The position numbers and the translations under genes were made by a program. Below, one piece after another: positions 47,028 to 50,696 of a stretch of DNA of 50,696 bases. Source of the stretch: Patescibacteria group bacterium UBA926. GTDB taxonomy: Bacteria > Patescibacteriota > Doudnabacteria > UBA920. The DNA is taken from the NCBI GenBank assembly GCA_002293685.1, contig DBDS01000007.1:108410-159105 (forward strand), in the 5' to 3' direction. The stretch's first letter is position 1, and every line of letters starts with the position of its first letter. The notes beneath the pieces are model-generated. The model made no database searches and was not told the origin of the DNA. It saw only the letters and a program-made list of their open reading frames with translations.

Positions 47028-47102
47028 TGGAGCGGGTAGGGGGAATCGAACCCCCATCATCAGTTTGGAAAACTGAGATAATAACCATTATACGATACCC
47101 GC
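47028..47102 (-). tRNA. tRNA-Gly(UCC)
   Basis: GCGGGTATCGTATAATGGTTATTATCTCAGTTTTCCAAACTGATGATGGGGGTTCGATTCCCCCTACCCGCTCCA. Confidence 0.95.
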
Positions 47103-47265
47103 GTGTGAGAACTTAGAAGCCCTGCTTCGCATAAAGCTTCGCAGGGCCACTTCTTCGCTAAGATTGCGAAACTCATTACAGTAATTATATCATTCGTAGG
47201 AGGTGCTTGCGCTTCGTACTTTTAAGCAGTTGAAGTGCTTGCGCTTCGTAGCCTTGGCGAAGAAG

Positions 47266-47571
47266 TGGTCGGGAACCCCGTCCAAATCTCAACTTAAAAG
47301 CGTTTTCGGCAAATGTTTGTTCATATGATTTTTTCCCCAACCAGTTTTGTAGAATTTCTCTCGCGCTTTGGCATCATCCTTGTGAGAGTAAGCTTCATAG
47401 TAAATTAGCTTAAATGGCCGGCGAGACTTTGTAGCCTTGCTTTGACCTTGTTGATGTTGCCGAAAACGCTTTTTAAGATCAGGGGTTGAACCAATGTATA
47501 ACTTACCGTCTTTGATACTTTTTAAGAAATATACATAGTACATATCCAAGCTAAGATTTGGTCGGGAACCC
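47266..47571 (-). mobile_element. Putative GIY-YIG mini element at the tRNA-Pro 3' end
   Basis: 13-bp direct repeat of the tRNA 3' end plus 13-bp inverted repeats tightly enclosing the gene. Confidence 0.6.
47289..47543 (-). CDS. GIY-YIG nuclease family protein (small, stand-alone)
   Basis: YYVYFLKS...LYIGSTPDLKKRFRQH...TKSRRPFKLIYYE...AKAREKFYK. Confidence 0.93.
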   Translation of the reverse strand: MYYVYFLKSIKDGKLYIGSTPDLKKRFRQHQQGQSKATKSRRPFKLIYYEAYSHKDDAKAREKFYKTGWGKNHMNKHLPKTLLS

Positions 47572-47635
47572 GGGACTCGAACCCGGAACCTCTCGGTCCC
47601 AAACCGAGTGCTCTAGCCAATTGAGCCAGTTCCCG
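47559..47635 (-). tRNA. tRNA-Pro(UGG)
   Basis: CGGGAACTGGCTCAATTGGCTAGAGCACTCGGTTTGGGACCGAGAGGTTCCGGGTTCGAGTCCCGGGTTCCCGACCA. Confidence 0.97.
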
Positions 47636-47661
47636 AAAACAAAGTGTACGTAAGAATGCCT

Positions 47662-47730
47662 GCCCTCCGTAGCTTTCTTGCTCTACGAAGCTTTAGCGAA
47701 GTAGAGAGCGAAGGAGGGAGCCAGTTCCCG
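47662..47730. repeat. Nested CGWAGCTTTAGCGAAG palindromes plus duplicated tRNA-Pro 5' end
   Basis: One palindrome inside another; GAGCCAGTTCCCG at 47718-47730 equals 47623-47635. Confidence 0.8.
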
Positions 47731-47781
47731 TCGCATAGAATGCAACTAATCAATATTCACTTTTCGCGCAACGTTTGTAAT

Positions 47782-47851
47782 TGTCATCCTGAGGCCAAAG
47801 GCCGAAGGATCTGGATTCTTCATTCCGCCGTTGGGGGAACTCAGAACGACA
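47782..47851. repeat. TGTCATCCTGAG palindromic element
   Basis: Homologous to 39817-39890. Confidence 0.75.
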
Positions 47852-48102
47852 TTAAACACACCGCAATCCTCTTTACTGCATGGCCCGAGGAGCCACTGTT
47901 CAATGACTGAGATTCGATTCTAACAACACACTAAAATACTTGATAATCTTACTTGAAAATAGGCGATTTAGCAAGTCCAGCCCACTAGACCACAATCTAA
48001 TATTAATTAACATTGACTATATGCGTATTATATAGTAAAATGCAGAAATCTGCTTGAACTGAAATTGGTGCCTTCAGCCAGAAATGAGGAACTTAGGGAG
48101 GA

Positions 48103-48660
48103 ATGATGAAGCATTTTGTGGGTATCTTAGTGTTCGTGATTGTGTTCTCGTTAACCGCTCTGTTCTTCTACAGAGGACTGCCTCTAACAATGGGCTGGTT
48201 TGAAAAAGAACTTCCAACCTGCGTCGAACAAGGGTTCGGCGAAGGATGCGAAAATGGTTCCGATAAACCGATAGCGCCAGGGAAAGTAAACCGGGTGTTA
48301 AATGTGGCAGCTAACAATGAAAACGCACACATCTTCGACAGCTGGGAAGTGATCGATACCGATCGGGTCAAATATACATCGGCAAGGTTGTACACCGCTC
48401 ACGGTGTGTATACGATTAATATTTTTCCCGCGAGTGTAACATATTTGTATCGTCCGTATGGACAGGAGTGGTCTAATTACACCTGGGCGGATCATGGTAT
48501 GGATGGGGAAGTGGACTTCGGTCTTGTCTCCGACATTATGGACAAGGAGGCTCGTAGGTTCGACATCGATTTTAAAATCGGCTCGGAGTACAAGCCTCTG
48601 TACCAGAAGCTATACGACAGACATCTCTCGGCGATGATAGCCGAGCTTGATAGACGTTAG
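48103..48660 (+). CDS. Hypothetical membrane-anchored orphan protein
   Basis: GGGAGG SD; TTGACT-17-TAAAAT promoter; N-terminal TM; terminator at about 48697-48722. Confidence 0.75.
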   Translation: MMKHFVGILVFVIVFSLTALFFYRGLPLTMGWFEKELPTCVEQGFGEGCENGSDKPIAPGKVNRVLNVAANNENAHIFDSWEVIDTDRVKYTSARLYTAHGVYTINIFPASVTYLYRPYGQEWSNYTWADHGMDGEVDFGLVSDIMDKEARRFDIDFKIGSEYKPLYQKLYDRHLSAMIAELDRR

Positions 48661-48737
48661 GTCTTAGCGGGCCAGGGATGTTTCGAACATAGGGGTGGGG
48701 AAGAGAAATCTTCCCCTTTTTATTTTTGCCAAAATTC

Positions 48738-49637
48738 TTAATCTAAGCTGTATTCGTAAGTTAAGGCGTCGATATAAACATCTACAATTTCTTCAAATAG
48801 CTCATCTACATCTCCGTCCTCTAGTTCTTCCTCAATATCTGCCAGGGTCTCTTGAATCAACAAAGCGTTAGAATCTGATTGTTCGCCAATTAGCAATTGC
48901 GCTTCTTCGATATACTCTTCAATTTCACCGGTTAATTCAGCTTCGGATTGGCCAGACACATAATCTTCAACACCTTCAGTTAATTGCGTATCCACCTCGA
49001 TAATCAAATTGTCGATTTCTGCCGTGTTATATTCCAACTCTTGATCGTAAGCACCTAATAATCCTGAAACAACAATCAAATTATCTATTTCTTCCTCTTG
49101 TTCTAAATTATCATGCGCCTCTAATATCACATCAATGTGCTCATCGATATTTTCCCAAGTATCATTAGATTGTTTAGCAGTTAAATTGCCATCAGGTAAG
49201 TCTTGAAGTTCTTCTAAACGTTCTTCAACCCGCTCGATAGCAAATTCGATTTTTGATTCTTCACTGAAATGAAATACTTCTTCAATGGGCTCAATTAAAT
49301 GTAATTCAAGGTTGAACAGTAAATCACCTGGACGACTGTCTTGCACGGCGTGGGTGACAGGAATGCTTCCTAGAAGGATTACAACACATGCAGCCATAAA
49401 TAGTGCTTTTCGCGACCAGAAAGCGCTGGCGAAAGAGGACTGCCAAGTTATTTTTTTAACACCTTCTGCTGAGGCTAAAGGCGTGCTTAAAACTCGATCT
49501 TTAATCGCTTGTTTCTCGGCTTTAGAGAGTTGGACAGTTTGCCCTAATTTTCTAAGCTCTGCTTCTTCTTTTGTAAAACTTTGAGAATCTAAATCTTCGC
49601 TCCCCAAATTTGGTTTAGGCTTGATTTGATTATTCAT
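48738..49637 (-). CDS. Putative anti-sigma factor (single TM, DUF5667-like)
   Basis: Overlaps the ECF sigma stop; SRPGDLLFNL...ERVEERLEEL pattern after the TM. Confidence 0.7.
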   Translation of the reverse strand: MNNQIKPKPNLGSEDLDSQSFTKEEAELRKLGQTVQLSKAEKQAIKDRVLSTPLASAEGVKKITWQSSFASAFWSRKALFMAACVVILLGSIPVTHAVQDSRPGDLLFNLELHLIEPIEEVFHFSEESKIEFAIERVEERLEELQDLPDGNLTAKQSNDTWENIDEHIDVILEAHDNLEQEEEIDNLIVVSGLLGAYDQELEYNTAEIDNLIIEVDTQLTEGVEDYVSGQSEAELTGEIEEYIEEAQLLIGEQSDSNALLIQETLADIEEELEDGDVDELFEEIVDVYIDALTYEYSLD

Positions 49638-50130
49638 AACTTTGCTTAAATTTCTCTAGACCTCTCTTAATCCAAACTGAGATGGTGTTCTGCTTTTCAT
49701 TTAAAATTTCTGCGATTTCCTTCACGGCCATTCCATCCACGTACCTCATTATTAGTACTTCGCGGTAGCGACTGTCTAGCTTTTGAAGCTTATCAACGGC
49801 TTCTTTTTGTGTCACTAGGGTAGGGATGTCTGGTCCTGGTTCGGCAATCTCTAAACCACTTTCGACTAGGGAATCTAGGGAAGTGGTGTTTTTATCAGTT
49901 CTTATTTCATTTATAAAGGCATTCCTAGCGCTACGGAATAGGAATGCTCTTGGGTGTTCTACTTGATTACCTTTTGATAAATAGTGCCAAAAACGTGTAA
50001 ATACGTCTTGGGTAAGCTCCAGGGCTCTTTCGCGGTTTCTTACCCTAAAGTATAGGAACCTAAACATGGCATCGGAGTACAGTTCGTAATCACGTTCAAA
50101 TTGTTGCCTTGGCGTTAGTTGCATAGACAC
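49630..50130 (-). CDS. ECF RNA polymerase sigma factor
   Basis: ALELTQDVF, AFLFRSARN and YREVLIMRYVDGMAVKEIAEIL (regions 2 and 4). Confidence 0.93.
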   Translation of the reverse strand: MSMQLTPRQQFERDYELYSDAMFRFLYFRVRNRERALELTQDVFTRFWHYLSKGNQVEHPRAFLFRSARNAFINEIRTDKNTTSLDSLVESGLEIAEPGPDIPTLVTQKEAVDKLQKLDSRYREVLIMRYVDGMAVKEIAEILNEKQNTISVWIKRGLEKFKQSYE

Positions 50131-50379
50131 AGTTTTCCCGAAAATATGTCAAAATTTTCACAAAATATTGTCAGATTTTCCCAAAAGGGGTGTCTTTAAT
50201 ACCAACGGGGCAATTTTTAACGTTATGCAGATGTTAAGACGGCCAACTGGCCGCCCCGTTACACTTTCTTAGTGCTTTAACTGTATTTTAGCACTAAATC
50301 GGTATTTGCGGCGAGTCCATTGTACTTTTAGTTATTGACCCAACTTATACCGTTTCTCAGAAGGTGGTTTGCAATAAAG

Positions 50380-50605
50380 TAGATCCCGGCTTTCGCCGGG
50401 AATACTGAAAAGTATCCCCGGAGGCCGTAAGGCAATCCGGGGTCTCCAGCAAGCTGTAGCAATCGGTCGATTGACCAGCGTTAGACTCTTTTGCCTATAG
50501 GTGGAAGGAGTACTATGCTTGGCATCGACGAGCGTTATACCCGATCAAATCTCGTAGAGACTTGGCGCGGGAAACCCGATCAAATCTCGTAGAGATTTGG
50601 GCGGG
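50380..50605. repeat. REP/RPE-like cluster including tandem CCCGATCAAATCTCGTAGAGA palindromes
   Basis: GATCCCGG/GTATCCCCGG units at 50380-50446; tandem copies at 50540-50571 and 50575-50605. Confidence 0.8.
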
Positions 50606-50696
50606 ATGCTCAACCGAAAACTACTGTGAGCAGCAAACCTCCTAGGTCGAACTTTTGGGAGCGAGCGCGTGTAAGTTGATTCATCAATAATCGGTC

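Noticed and set aside
46596-47910. ORFs 46596-46808, 46828-47088 and 47644-47910
   Set aside because: They are translations of palindromic repeats or tRNA-Gly and have no protein-like features.
1-50696. Prophage, IS element or integron
   Set aside because: No integrase, transposase, terminase or capsid motifs were recognised in any ORF.

Overview
Bacterial chromosomal window (AT-rich). It is most consistent with a Patescibacteria/CPR genome; this is an inference from the lepB-hisS-like-HIT-rpsU-yqeY-ftsA-ftsZ gene order, the SD-less core genes and the absence of biosynthetic genes. Core genes include topA, dprA, pth, der, lepB, rpsU, ftsA, ftsZ, hisS, comEC, ndk, a short RelA/SpoT, mutM, groES/groEL, rpmF, nusB and HU. 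There are also an RND permease, an ECF sigma/putative anti-sigma pair, and tRNA-Lys(UUU), tRNA-Gly(UCC) and tRNA-Pro(UGG). No integrase, transposase or cas gene was recognised, yet the intergenic DNA is dense in small palindromic elements. The strongest candidate for an undescribed system is a family of elements with CCC-N4-AAAT...ATTT-N4-GGG ends. One copy encloses a small GIY-YIG nuclease gene at the tRNA-Pro 3' end, about eight are gene-less, and three exactly 99-bp cargo-carrying units are stacked in the pth start codon. Other highlights are a covarying structured element downstream of two tRNAs, an orphan promoter-driven ncRNA, a promoter motif shared by comEC, dprA and a lamin-tail-domain gene, in-frame palindrome insertions in topA and a methyltransferase, a degenerate HisRS paralog, and orphan cassettes flanked by duplicated gene ends. 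All calls come from reading the sequence; no searches were run.
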